Shown: one piece after another, positions 47,403 to 54,731 of the stretch
Numbering within the stretch: the first letter of the stretch is position 1
Layout: each line of letters opens with the position of its first letter
Origin: a virus
Taxonomy: Duplodnaviria; Caudoviricetes
Direction: 5' to 3' (one strand)
Length of the DNA: 56,343 bases
IMG/VR virus record: IMGVR_UViG_3300025396_000018
Location: 1-56,343 of that record
Translations under genes and position numbers: made by a program
The notes under the pieces: generated by a model
What the model was told of the DNA's origin: nothing
The model's input: the letters and a program-made list of their open reading frames with translations, nothing else
Databases searched by the model: none

Positions 47403-47477
47403 TGGTTGCGGAGGATGGAATCGAACCAACGCCCCCTGGATTATGAGTCCAATGCTCTACCTCTGAGCTACTCCGCT
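47403..47477 (-). tRNA. tRNA-Met(CAT), subtype ambiguous
   Basis: Cloverleaf; CT-CAT-AA loop; GTTCGATTC T-loop; encoded CCA. Confidence 0.9.
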
Positions 47478-47487
47478 ATACCTTTAC

Positions 47488-47616
47488 TTATTCTTTCACC
47501 AACTCATAGTCCCACTTACTAACACCACATTCAGGACAAGGCACTTCATCAGGCAAACTATTCCAATCTTCTACGGATAAAATGTGGCCGCAGACCACGC
47601 AACGATAATATTCCAT
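47488..47616 (-). CDS. Short rubredoxin, 42 aa
   Basis: Hand-translated MEYYRCVVCGH...LPDEVPCPECGVSKWDY; TAATG coupling to rubrerythrin. Confidence 0.85.
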   Translation of the reverse strand: MEYYRCVVCGHILSVEDWNSLPDEVPCPECGVSKWDYELVKE

Positions 47617-48074
47617 TATAGTGTCTCCAAAATTTGTTTATAGGCATTAGCGTGACGTTCTTCAACACCTTTAAGTGCCTTGAAACGCTTCTCTGCTTTT
47701 TCTAATACTGCCAATTTTGCTTTGAATTGTTCAGCGTGTTCTTTTGATTCAGAAATTTGTTCAACGAATTCAGTAGATGCTTGAGCATTCTTTTCGCTGA
47801 TAGCATTTTCTAAGAACTGAGGATACATTGTAGTGAACTCATATGTTTCGCCTTCAATGGCTTTTTTTAAACATTCTTTTGTAGATGGTTTACCGATGAG
47901 TAATTCGAGGTGACCCCAAGCGTGTAGAATCTCTTGGTTTGCTGTATGTTCAAAATGTTTGGCAACTTCTTCAAAGCCTTCTTCACGAGCAATTTTAGCA
48001 AAATAACGATACTTGATATGAGCCATTGATTCGCCAGCCAATGCACTCTCAAGGTTTTGTAATGTAATAGACAT
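47616..48074 (-). CDS. rbr: Rubrerythrin (di-iron ferritin-like domain)
   Basis: NLESALAGESMA..KY..FA, QEILHA, GETYE..TMYP.F, ESKEHA. Confidence 0.9.
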   Translation of the reverse strand: MSITLQNLESALAGESMAHIKYRYFAKIAREEGFEEVAKHFEHTANQEILHAWGHLELLIGKPSTKECLKKAIEGETYEFTTMYPQFLENAISEKNAQASTEFVEQISESKEHAEQFKAKLAVLEKAEKRFKALKGVEERHANAYKQILETL

Positions 48075-48114
48075 ATTTACTCCATAGTTAAAATATTATG
48101 TATATCTCAAATCA

Positions 48115-48173
48115 ATAAATTTTAGTTATTGCCTTTATGATATGTTTTGATGATTGTTATTAAGAAAATCAAT
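48115..48173. promoter_or_regulatory. OxyR/LysR-like phased operator
   Basis: ATAA-N7-TTAT-N7-ATGA-N7-TGAT-N7-ATTA-N7-CAAT upstream of rubrerythrin. Confidence 0.4.
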
Positions 48174-48383
48174 TATTGAGGATACTGTCGTGTGTTTAAT
48201 AGGCGTGTCGTAGATTAAGCGTTTAAGGCCATTCTTTCGAACTCTACCACCGCCTACCCCAGCTTACAGCTTCCTTCCGTTCTCAGCATACGGAAAATCT
48301 CCAGATATTGGATCATACCGCCGGGGTGTTGATGTTCCTTGACAGTTAGGATTGCTTATCCTTTACCGCACATCCTCAATAAT
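48171..48383 (-). ncRNA. Structured RNA of about 210 nt, family unknown
   Basis: 13-bp terminal inverted repeat plus several internal helices and a GAAA tetraloop. Confidence 0.6.
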
Positions 48384-48459
48384 TGGCTCCAAAGGCTGGG
48401 CTCGAACCAGCGACCAAATGATTAACAGTCATCTACTCTACCAACTGAGCTACTTCGGA
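48384..48459 (-). tRNA. tRNA-Asn(GTT)
   Basis: 76-nt cloverleaf; CT-GTT-AA; encoded CCA. Confidence 0.95.
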
Positions 48460-48466
48460 ATAAAAC

Positions 48467-48540
48467 TGGAGCGGGATATTGGAATCGAACCAATGTTATC
48501 AGTTTGGAAAACTGAAGTCCTACCATTAAACGAATCCCGC
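48467..48540 (-). tRNA. tRNA-Gly(TCC)
   Basis: 74-nt cloverleaf; TT-TCC-AA; U73-CCA. Confidence 0.95.
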
Positions 48541-48541
48541 A

Positions 48542-48608
48542 TGGAGCGGAGTGATGCTTTGCTCACCTAACAAAAGATGGTATCTTTTATCGTACTATTA
48601 CTCTCCGC
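48542..48608 (-). ncRNA. 67-nt tRNA-Gly-like RNA with non-canonical D and T arms and ACC at the hairpin apex
   Basis: GCGGAG/CTCCGC-T-CCA acceptor; 10-bp central hairpin. Confidence 0.65.
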
Positions 48609-48617
48609 ATATGTAAT

Positions 48618-48646
48618 ACTATAACATCTTAATTATAAGAAGTCAA
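48618..48646 (-). promoter_or_regulatory. Sigma70-type promoter TTGACT-17-TATAGT
   Basis: Directly upstream of the tRNA-like RNA / Gly / Asn block. Confidence 0.8.
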
Positions 48647-48668
48647 TACAAAAGTTTGGTATATTTGA

Positions 48669-48742
48669 TGGTGCCCCAGCACAGAATCGAACTGCGAATT
48701 GATGATTACAAATCAACTGTTATACCATTTAACTACAAGGGC
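48669..48742 (-). tRNA. tRNA-Thr(TGT)
   Basis: 74-nt cloverleaf; TT-TGT-AA; encoded CCA. Confidence 0.92.
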
Positions 48743-48856
48743 TGGGTGATTGTGTTTGGTGCTTGAATCCACGGTGACCCCGCTCTTCATGGCCGGTTCT
48801 TGCTTTGGTCGACATTAACAAGTTTTCGGTGTTCCATTGTAGTCACTACACAATCA
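48743..48856 (-). ncRNA. 114-nt structured RNA ending in a stem plus C-CCA
   Basis: TGATTGTGT/ACACAATCA 9-bp closing stem then CCCA abutting tRNA-Thr +1. Confidence 0.55.
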
Positions 48857-48859
48857 AAA

Positions 48860-49363
48860 CTATTTCCAGCCTAATGGCTCCATTTCAATAGGAGAATCAG
48901 GATTAACTACACCAGTAAATACATTCCACAGTTTTTCTTCTGTGGCAAATTTGGTAAATAGTCCAGATTCCATTCCATGAGCTTCGATTTCCCATGGTTG
49001 AACCCAATAGTCTGTATTATCAGGATCGATCCTGAGACCTTTCCAACGAGTTAAGGTCTCGTTTGTTTCATGATAAGCATACTGTTTAATATGCGTCATT
49101 TCATGTGCCAGAGTCTTTAGGATCTCAGTAGCACCAATACCAGGATGAATCTCTATTTCAAATTCTCTAGCCTTACGAGAATCGTTATACTCCAGAATAG
49201 AAGCATAACCATAGGCCTCTATTTTTGGATTAAATTTAATCCGTAAGTATATGTTTTCCAACAATTTTTGCGAGATAAGTTGTTCCGCATAGAACAATAC
49301 GGCACGTTTTACATAGGGTCTGAACCGCTTTTTATCGGGACAACCAACTATACTTAGCTGCAT
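48860..49363 (-). CDS. HEXXH metallopeptidase-like protein
   Basis: TLAHEMTHIKQY...YWVQPWEIEA. Confidence 0.8.
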   Translation of the reverse strand: MQLSIVGCPDKKRFRPYVKRAVLFYAEQLISQKLLENIYLRIKFNPKIEAYGYASILEYNDSRKAREFEIEIHPGIGATEILKTLAHEMTHIKQYAYHETNETLTRWKGLRIDPDNTDYWVQPWEIEAHGMESGLFTKFATEEKLWNVFTGVVNPDSPIEMEPLGWK

Positions 49364-49429
49364 TTAGGTCACTCCTTAGTAAATTGACCCAATAACTAGC
49401 ATAACCTATAACTTCTCACTCAAGCGTAT

Positions 49430-49792
49430 TTATCGCCTTGCATCTCTTGTAATAATATTATAATAAATCTTTTCAGGAGAAAAGAAAGATTGTAGACAAT
49501 CCGTAACCCTTTGATTTTCAAAGTCTTTACAACTGAATACATCAAGGTAGAGGTCTCCATTATGGTCCAAGAAGTGTGCCATAATATTGGAAGTCTCAAT
49601 TAACTGTATGGCCGTGAAGCCTGCTTTTTCTGTATTATCTGCAAAGTGTACCACTTGTGGTTCACCAAAAGGTACCATTTCAATCTGTGTTACCAGTTCT
49701 TTAATAAAATGCCTGATGTATTCAGGATCTCTGGCTCGGTCTAATTGGCACCCTTTGGCATCAACGACCATATGTTTACCCCAACCTTGCAT
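49430..49792 (-). CDS. speD: S-adenosylmethionine decarboxylase proenzyme (SpeD-like)
   Basis: WGKHMVVD..GC, QLIETSNI.AHF, YLDVFSCK; start at MQGWG. Confidence 0.8.
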   Translation of the reverse strand: MQGWGKHMVVDAKGCQLDRARDPEYIRHFIKELVTQIEMVPFGEPQVVHFADNTEKAGFTAIQLIETSNIMAHFLDHNGDLYLDVFSCKDFENQRVTDCLQSFFSPEKIYYNIITRDARR

Positions 49793-49962
49793 TACCATTC
49801 TCCATTGTCGAACCAAACACGGATAGTGATTGGTAATAATTCAATCAACAAAGCATCTTGTTCCCAAACCTCATTGGTTTTATTGTATTTGAATGAGATT
49901 CTCCAATGAAACGGATTTAATTTCAAGGTAATATTACAACCAGAGTACATTAGCCAATCCAT
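49792..49962 (-). CDS. Hypothetical Trp-rich protein, 56 aa (MDWLMYSGCNITLKLNPFHWR...)
   Basis: Hand-translated; TAATG overlaps at both ends. Confidence 0.65.
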   Translation of the reverse strand: MDWLMYSGCNITLKLNPFHWRISFKYNKTNEVWEQDALLIELLPITIRVWFDNGEW

Positions 49963-50165
49963 TACAATCCTTTCAAAGTATACTTTGTGATTTTATCTTT
50001 TAACATTGAAGGTATATCTAGGTAAGGCCATTCCAAGTAGAAAGGACAACCATCATTACCCCATTTATTGTCATGTAGATATTTTCTAACAAGTTTTAAA
50101 TCTTCTTTGCTGCTAGGTTCAAACAATCTGCGTTGATTAATATTCCAAATTTCAATACGATTCAT
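49962..50165 (-). CDS. Hypothetical protein
   Basis: F.PS.KED...W...GCPFYLEWPY. Confidence 0.7.
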   Translation of the reverse strand: MNRIEIWNINQRRLFEPSSKEDLKLVRKYLHDNKWGNDGCPFYLEWPYLDIPSMLKDKITKYTLKGL

Positions 50166-50380
50166 TTCACATACTCCATATTATCTTTACGCATATAATG
50201 TACCACCTGATTTTTCTTTGGGTCAGGTATTTCTCTTACGACAGGAAGAAAAGTTACACCGTCAATCTCATTGGTTGCCCAATTTGAATAGGTATAGAAG
50301 ATATCCGTACCATTTTTGGCACGAACTTTTTTAAGTATGGCTTTGGTGCCTGTATGACCAGGTCTAAGATTCTTTTTCAT
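50162..50380 (-). CDS. Hypothetical protein, probably leaderless
   Basis: ATG (MKKNLRP) lies 7 nt downstream of a TATAAT box. Confidence 0.65.
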   Translation of the reverse strand: MKKNLRPGHTGTKAILKKVRAKNGTDIFYTYSNWATNEIDGVTFLPVVREIPDPKKNQVVHYMRKDNMEYVK

Positions 50381-50386
50381 GATATA

Positions 50387-50415
50387 ATTATAACTCAAAA
50401 ATGGGGGTCAGTCAA
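50387..50415 (-). promoter_or_regulatory. Sigma70-type promoter TTGACT-17-TATAAT
   Basis: The -35 hexamer forms the loop of the terminator hairpin. Confidence 0.8.
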
Positions 50416-50422
50416 GACCCCC
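50397..50422 (-). terminator. Intrinsic terminator GGGGGTC-TTGACT-GACCCCC-ATTTTT
   Basis: 7-bp GC-rich stem plus T tract after hsp20 and the micro-ORF. Confidence 0.8.
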
Positions 50423-50426
50423 TATA

Positions 50427-50492
50427 TTATTTGCCAACCGGATAATTTAACTGTTCCCATTCCTCATCGGTAACGGGCCACCAGTTATTCAT
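50427..50492 (-). CDS. 21-aa micro-ORF MNNWWPVTDEEWEQLNYPVGK
   Basis: Overlaps the hsp20 stop and ends just before the terminator. Confidence 0.45.
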   Translation of the reverse strand: MNNWWPVTDEEWEQLNYPVGK

Positions 50493-50952
50493 CTTTGGAT
50501 TTTACGGCAATCTTCTTCACCATATCCTGTGCTTTTACCATATTTTCTAGCCAGACTTTAAGCATACCATTTGCAATTTCGGCATCTTTAATCTCTACCT
50601 TATCGGCAAGAGTAAAGGTACGATTGAAACTGCGATTAGCAATGCCTTTATAAATGAAACTAGATGGATCTTCATCACTTTCAACAGCTGCACCACGGAT
50701 AACCAACTTATTACCTTCTAAGGTAACTTCAATGTCCGTCTTAGCAAAACCAGCAACTGCCATTTCAATGACATACTTGTTTTCTTTGACTTGTTTGATG
50801 TTATATGGAGGGTAACCAGGTGTTGCCTTGGCGACTGTCTCAGAGATATCACGGATTTGGTCTAATACATCATCAAAACCAACTGTGAATGGATCCAAAG
50901 ACTTATGGAGGGAAGCCCATTGTGGGAATAAAGATAAAGTTGCGCTTGTCAT
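50485..50952 (-). CDS. hsp20: Small heat shock protein (Hsp20, IbpA-like)
   Basis: GYPPYNI, IEMAVAGF, YKGIA.RSF.R.FTLA, NGML. Confidence 0.93.
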   Translation of the reverse strand: MTSATLSLFPQWASLHKSLDPFTVGFDDVLDQIRDISETVAKATPGYPPYNIKQVKENKYVIEMAVAGFAKTDIEVTLEGNKLVIRGAAVESDEDPSSFIYKGIANRSFNRTFTLADKVEIKDAEIANGMLKVWLENMVKAQDMVKKIAVKSKDE

Positions 50953-51010
50953 ATTTTCTCCTTAATTTAAGCGAGGTTATCAAAACTGCCGCCTCAAATG
51001 AGCACGGCAC
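50953..51010 (-). promoter_or_regulatory. ROSE-like RNA thermometer in the hsp20 5' UTR
   Basis: CTCGCTT pairs with SD AAGGAG leaving a bulged G; upstream hairpin TGCCG...CGGCA. Confidence 0.65.
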
Positions 51011-51013
51011 ATA

Positions 51014-51043
51014 ATTGTATCAGTATTTATACTACTTTGTCAA
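51014..51043 (-). promoter_or_regulatory. TTGACA-18-TACAAT promoter with nested late TATAAATA (51024-51031)
   Basis: Both motifs read directly; TG-extended -10. Confidence 0.65.
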
Positions 51044-51447
51044 TAAGAACCTGGTTTCTTACCAATATTGTATTTTGGTGTCAATTCCCAACCATCCTTC
51101 TCTTTATGAGACAGGATCTTAATTTGGGAAAGAAAGATTGGTGCTGGTGTTTCAATCTGTTTTTGATTTACCACTTTTACCAATCCCCAATCTTGTAACA
51201 ACTTGGCAATGGCATTCCTGCGAGACAAGTCATTTTCTGAGATATCAGTAGGTTTACCATCTAAAGCAAACAGTTCTTTAAAGTGTACGATGTAATACTT
51301 ACCTTGCTTGTGCAAGATATGGCATGATTGGTACAGGATTCTGTCTTTTTTGGAAGCTACACCGATGCGTGTAAGAGTTTCACGAACCTTCAAGAAATCA
51401 TCTTTTTCACCTAATGTAACTTCAACTAAATCTATAATTGAAATCAT
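51040..51447 (-). CDS. regA: Translational repressor RegA
   Basis: DDFLKVRETLTRIGVAS, LYQSCHILHKQGKYYIVHFKELF.LDG. Confidence 0.96.
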   Translation of the reverse strand: MISIIDLVEVTLGEKDDFLKVRETLTRIGVASKKDRILYQSCHILHKQGKYYIVHFKELFALDGKPTDISENDLSRRNAIAKLLQDWGLVKVVNQKQIETPAPIFLSQIKILSHKEKDGWELTPKYNIGKKPGSY

Positions 51448-51836
51448 TACTTGGTCACTCCGCCTTTTTCTGTAATTGTTCTTATTTCAGCGATTTGGTC
51501 ATCATTTAGAATACGCAAAGCTTCTTTGGCCTTTTGACTATTATATCCAAAGTATTTTTTAACGGCTTCTATATCTTTGTCGGCCAATGTTTTCTGCCAC
51601 GGTTGGAATTTCCGTTTCATTGACCTGATAGTATTTAGATAAAACAAATACTGCATATCTTTATCCAACGCTGGATTGATGTTCATCTCGTTGGCATATA
51701 GAACACAGTCTTGGTGAAATGACAAGGCTCGATTGACTACAAAAGGTACATAATCTTTATAATCATGTTCATCTTGGAATGGATTTTTCTTAGTTTGTAA
51801 GATTGAAGGTACAATCTCTTTGAATAAATCTGGCAT
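51447..51836 (-). CDS. 62: Clamp loader small subunit (gp62)
   Basis: YVPFVVNRALS, MQY.FY, YFGYN..KAKEAL; synteny. Confidence 0.92.
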   Translation of the reverse strand: MPDLFKEIVPSILQTKKNPFQDEHDYKDYVPFVVNRALSFHQDCVLYANEMNINPALDKDMQYLFYLNTIRSMKRKFQPWQKTLADKDIEAVKKYFGYNSQKAKEALRILNDDQIAEIRTITEKGGVTK

Positions 51837-52771
51837 TATTTGAACTCACAGTCCACCATAATTTCTGTGAGGCAAGCCACCATATTCAGTTCGTGGTCTG
51901 GAACAAATGCTGCTTGATATTGATATTTTGCCAAATGAAGTACCAATTGTGGCACAGAATTTGGTTTTAAAGATTCATAAAGACTTTCATATAACTTACG
52001 ATAAATTTTAACAGGATCATTATCTAAATTATTTGTAACCCATTTACGAACAGAACCAAAATCTTTTTCTTTTAACGATGTAACCAACTCGCTAAGTTGT
52101 ATATCAGCAACAGAGGAAAGAATACCAGTATCGATACTTCCAGAAACGGCATATCTTTGAAGTTCATTAAGAACCCTACGATTGTCCGGAAAATGTTTTG
52201 TAACGACTGCGGCGACAACAGATTTGTCATAAGGAACTTTTTCTTGTTCCAAAATCCATTCAACTCTTTTAAAGAATGCTGCAGCCATCTTTTGTTTAGA
52301 ACCGTTGATTTTAAAATCGATAACAGAACAACGAGAGTGGATCGGATCGATAATACGATTTTTAAAATTACAGGTAAAGATAAACGAACAGTTGGAAGAA
52401 TATTCTTCAATTGCACCTCGCAACGCTGGTTGAGTTGAATTAGGATTAAGATAGTCTGCCTCATCTATGATGATGACTTTGCGACCACCCATGAGAGAAA
52501 CCGATGAAGCATAACTTTTGATTTTAGTACGAAGAACATCAATACCAGACTCATCAGAACCATTGATAACAATATAGTCGCAACCAATTTCTTCACAGAG
52601 GGCTTTTGCAATCGTAGTCTTGCCAACGCCGGCAGAACCCGATAATAGTAGGTTTGGTATTTCTTTTCGATTGACATACTCTTGAAAGGTGGATTTAATT
52701 GCATCTGGCAAGATACAGTCTTCCACCCGTTGTGGCCTATACTTCTCCACCCATAATAAATGCTCGCTCAT
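51836..52771 (-). CDS. 44: Clamp loader large subunit (gp44)
   Basis: WVEKYRP, GVGKTT, IIDEAD, SRC. Confidence 0.96.
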   Translation of the reverse strand: MSEHLLWVEKYRPQRVEDCILPDAIKSTFQEYVNRKEIPNLLLSGSAGVGKTTIAKALCEEIGCDYIVINGSDESGIDVLRTKIKSYASSVSLMGGRKVIIIDEADYLNPNSTQPALRGAIEEYSSNCSFIFTCNFKNRIIDPIHSRCSVIDFKINGSKQKMAAAFFKRVEWILEQEKVPYDKSVVAAVVTKHFPDNRRVLNELQRYAVSGSIDTGILSSVADIQLSELVTSLKEKDFGSVRKWVTNNLDNDPVKIYRKLYESLYESLKPNSVPQLVLHLAKYQYQAAFVPDHELNMVACLTEIMVDCEFK

Positions 52772-52791
52772 TCAAAACTCCCATAATATAA

Positions 52792-53391
52792 TTAAGATAA
52801 AACACAATTTACTACCATTCTATAATCTGAATTCTTTGGACAATTTCCTCCGTGAATTAGATTTGAATCAAATATAACTGCTCTGCCTTTCTTTGGTGTA
52901 ACTCTCGAATGTTCTTTTATAAGACCAAGAGGTTCACCTAGAAAATACTTATCATAAAAGATTGTATCACCATCTGCATCATTTACATAGTACAATAATG
53001 TTTTTCTGCCAACACTATTATAAACACCATCAAGCAGACGCATACCATCAGTATGAGGTTGTTGTCTTGTTGGTCCTGCTTGTGGTAGTAAAAGATTGGC
53101 TTTGATTCTTTGTAGGAAAGTATCCGTCTCTCCCATTCTTTGTTGATACTCAGCAATTAGAGGTGCAATGTATTGAAAGAATTTACTTTCAATTTCACCA
53201 TCACGAGCAAACATATGACGGAACTGAATATGCTCTTTGAATGGTTCATCAATATAATAATGTTCATCCAAAGGATATTCACTTACAGACCAAGGAAAGA
53301 AAGTCCAAGGAAACTCATGACTAGTTAATAATCTTACGATGGAATCTTGAAATTCCACCGGAAGAAAATCATCAATAACTAAAGGTTCCAT
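52792..53391 (-). CDS. 2OG-Fe(II) oxygenase
   Basis: PHTD, YYVND.DGDT, FDSNLIH, R.VVN. Confidence 0.85.
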   Translation of the reverse strand: MEPLVIDDFLPVEFQDSIVRLLTSHEFPWTFFPWSVSEYPLDEHYYIDEPFKEHIQFRHMFARDGEIESKFFQYIAPLIAEYQQRMGETDTFLQRIKANLLLPQAGPTRQQPHTDGMRLLDGVYNSVGRKTLLYYVNDADGDTIFYDKYFLGEPLGLIKEHSRVTPKKGRAVIFDSNLIHGGNCPKNSDYRMVVNCVLS

Positions 53392-54065
53392 TAGGCAGGT
53401 ACTACTGTGCCTTTTTTCTCATTTGCGATCCAATACTGAATCTTATCTTTTGTATTGGTGAAATGGGTTAGACCTTTGAAGGAGATTACGGCAGAATAAG
53501 TGCCAGGAATCATTTTGAAATTGTCTGTGTTATAAACAATCTTATACTTCTTGCCATCGCCTGTGCCAATTTCAAGTGAATTGGTATGTGCAGCATCATT
53601 GTCTTGGTCAAAAGTAACGATTTGAATTTTATCGCCATCAGATTCAACGGCAATATTAGGAGACTTCAATACTGAACAAGTCTTTAGAATCCACTCGTAA
53701 TCTTCTGCTGTCAATGTAAACTCAACATCCTTAGTAGGAAGATTTAAAGTTTTTTCTGGTGCAACAGTAATCATTGAATCGGCAGTTTTACGATACTTAA
53801 TTTTCTGACGACCATTTTGAAAGTTGATATTCTTCTCATCAAATACCAATTCTGCTTTGTCTTTAAACAAAGAATGTACTGATAAGAATTCATTCAAATC
53901 TTCAACACAAAACTCATCATCAAAAGCATCTTTGATTTCTGCTTCGGCCATAACATTCTTAGAACCAGAAATGGTTTTTAGTGTATTGCCTTTTTTAAAC
54001 TTTAAACCTTGATTGATTGTAGCAAAGTTTTTAAGTACTACGAGGGTTTCATTTGACAGCTTCAT
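53391..54065 (-). CDS. 45: Sliding clamp (gp45)
   Basis: MKLS.ETL.VLKNFATINQ, DLNEFLS, FKMIPG.Y, YWIA.E. Confidence 0.94.
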   Translation of the reverse strand: MKLSNETLVVLKNFATINQGLKFKKGNTLKTISGSKNVMAEAEIKDAFDDEFCVEDLNEFLSVHSLFKDKAELVFDEKNINFQNGRQKIKYRKTADSMITVAPEKTLNLPTKDVEFTLTAEDYEWILKTCSVLKSPNIAVESDGDKIQIVTFDQDNDAAHTNSLEIGTGDGKKYKIVYNTDNFKMIPGTYSAVISFKGLTHFTNTKDKIQYWIANEKKGTVVPA

Positions 54066-54615
54066 TTACTTCTCCATTATCTAAAAAATTAATTGTATCA
54101 TGTTCGTACAAAAACATCAAGCAGCACAGCGCATGTGCCAAGTGATTCTTACCAGTTTCTTGGTCATTTTGTTCACCAGATTTCCAAGCCCACAGATGCC
54201 GTTGTGCAGCATCAAAATATCTACGCTTGGAATCTGGTACTTTTTTCCAATTATCCGGTTCATACTTCTCTGCACCAAAAGTTAAAATCTCTACTGTTGC
54301 TTTAAGTGCATTTGGTGGCACTAAACCATACTGCAATTTACCGCCATCAAATTTACGACCACCTGTGGTTGCAATCTGTGATGCCTTTACTTTATCAACA
54401 GAAGAATGTTCAAATTGATAATCTGCCGGACCATAAGATGTTTTTACTGAATTATCATGTAATCTTAATGTATAAGGTTCATTGGTGACAGTATTCTTTT
54501 CATAATCATATCTCCATGTAGTATTAGCCATTGTTTTAAAATTACTTTCTAAATGTTGTTTCATCCAATCTTCTGGCGGCTCATGCACAGTATTTTTACC
54601 ATCAAGTGTTCTCAT
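54049..54615 (-). CDS. dATP/dGTP diphosphohydrolase-domain (DUF5664) protein with N-terminal extension
   Basis: GRKFDGGK, FGAEKY..DNWKK, RY..AA.RH, D.ETG.NHLAHA.CCL. Confidence 0.8.
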   Translation of the reverse strand: MRTLDGKNTVHEPPEDWMKQHLESNFKTMANTTWRYDYEKNTVTNEPYTLRLHDNSVKTSYGPADYQFEHSSVDKVKASQIATTGGRKFDGGKLQYGLVPPNALKATVEILTFGAEKYEPDNWKKVPDSKRRYFDAAQRHLWAWKSGEQNDQETGKNHLAHALCCLMFLYEHDTINFLDNGEVNEAVK

Positions 54616-54731
54616 TACTTTTCCTTACGATATAAATCTCGAATTGTTTCAATACTAGAAACAGTATTTGCTGGAATTGCACGATAAGGAATCTTACGCA
54701 ACAATTCTCTTAGTTTTTCAATGTTATACAT
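54615..54731 (-). CDS. Hypothetical protein, 38 aa (MYNIEKLRELLRKIPY...)
   Basis: Hand-translated; TAATG overlaps at both ends. Confidence 0.55.
   Translation of the reverse strand: MYNIEKLRELLRKIPYRAIPANTVSSIETIRDLYRKEK

Noticed and set aside
48352-48570. 72-aa plus-strand ORF
   Set aside because: Antisense to tRNA-Asn and tRNA-Gly
48171-48856. tmRNA, RNase P RNA, or hammerhead/HDV-like ribozyme identity for the structured RNAs
   Set aside because: No Ala-type G3-U70 acceptor, no GAGGAAAGUCC, and no complete catalytic core recognisable by eye
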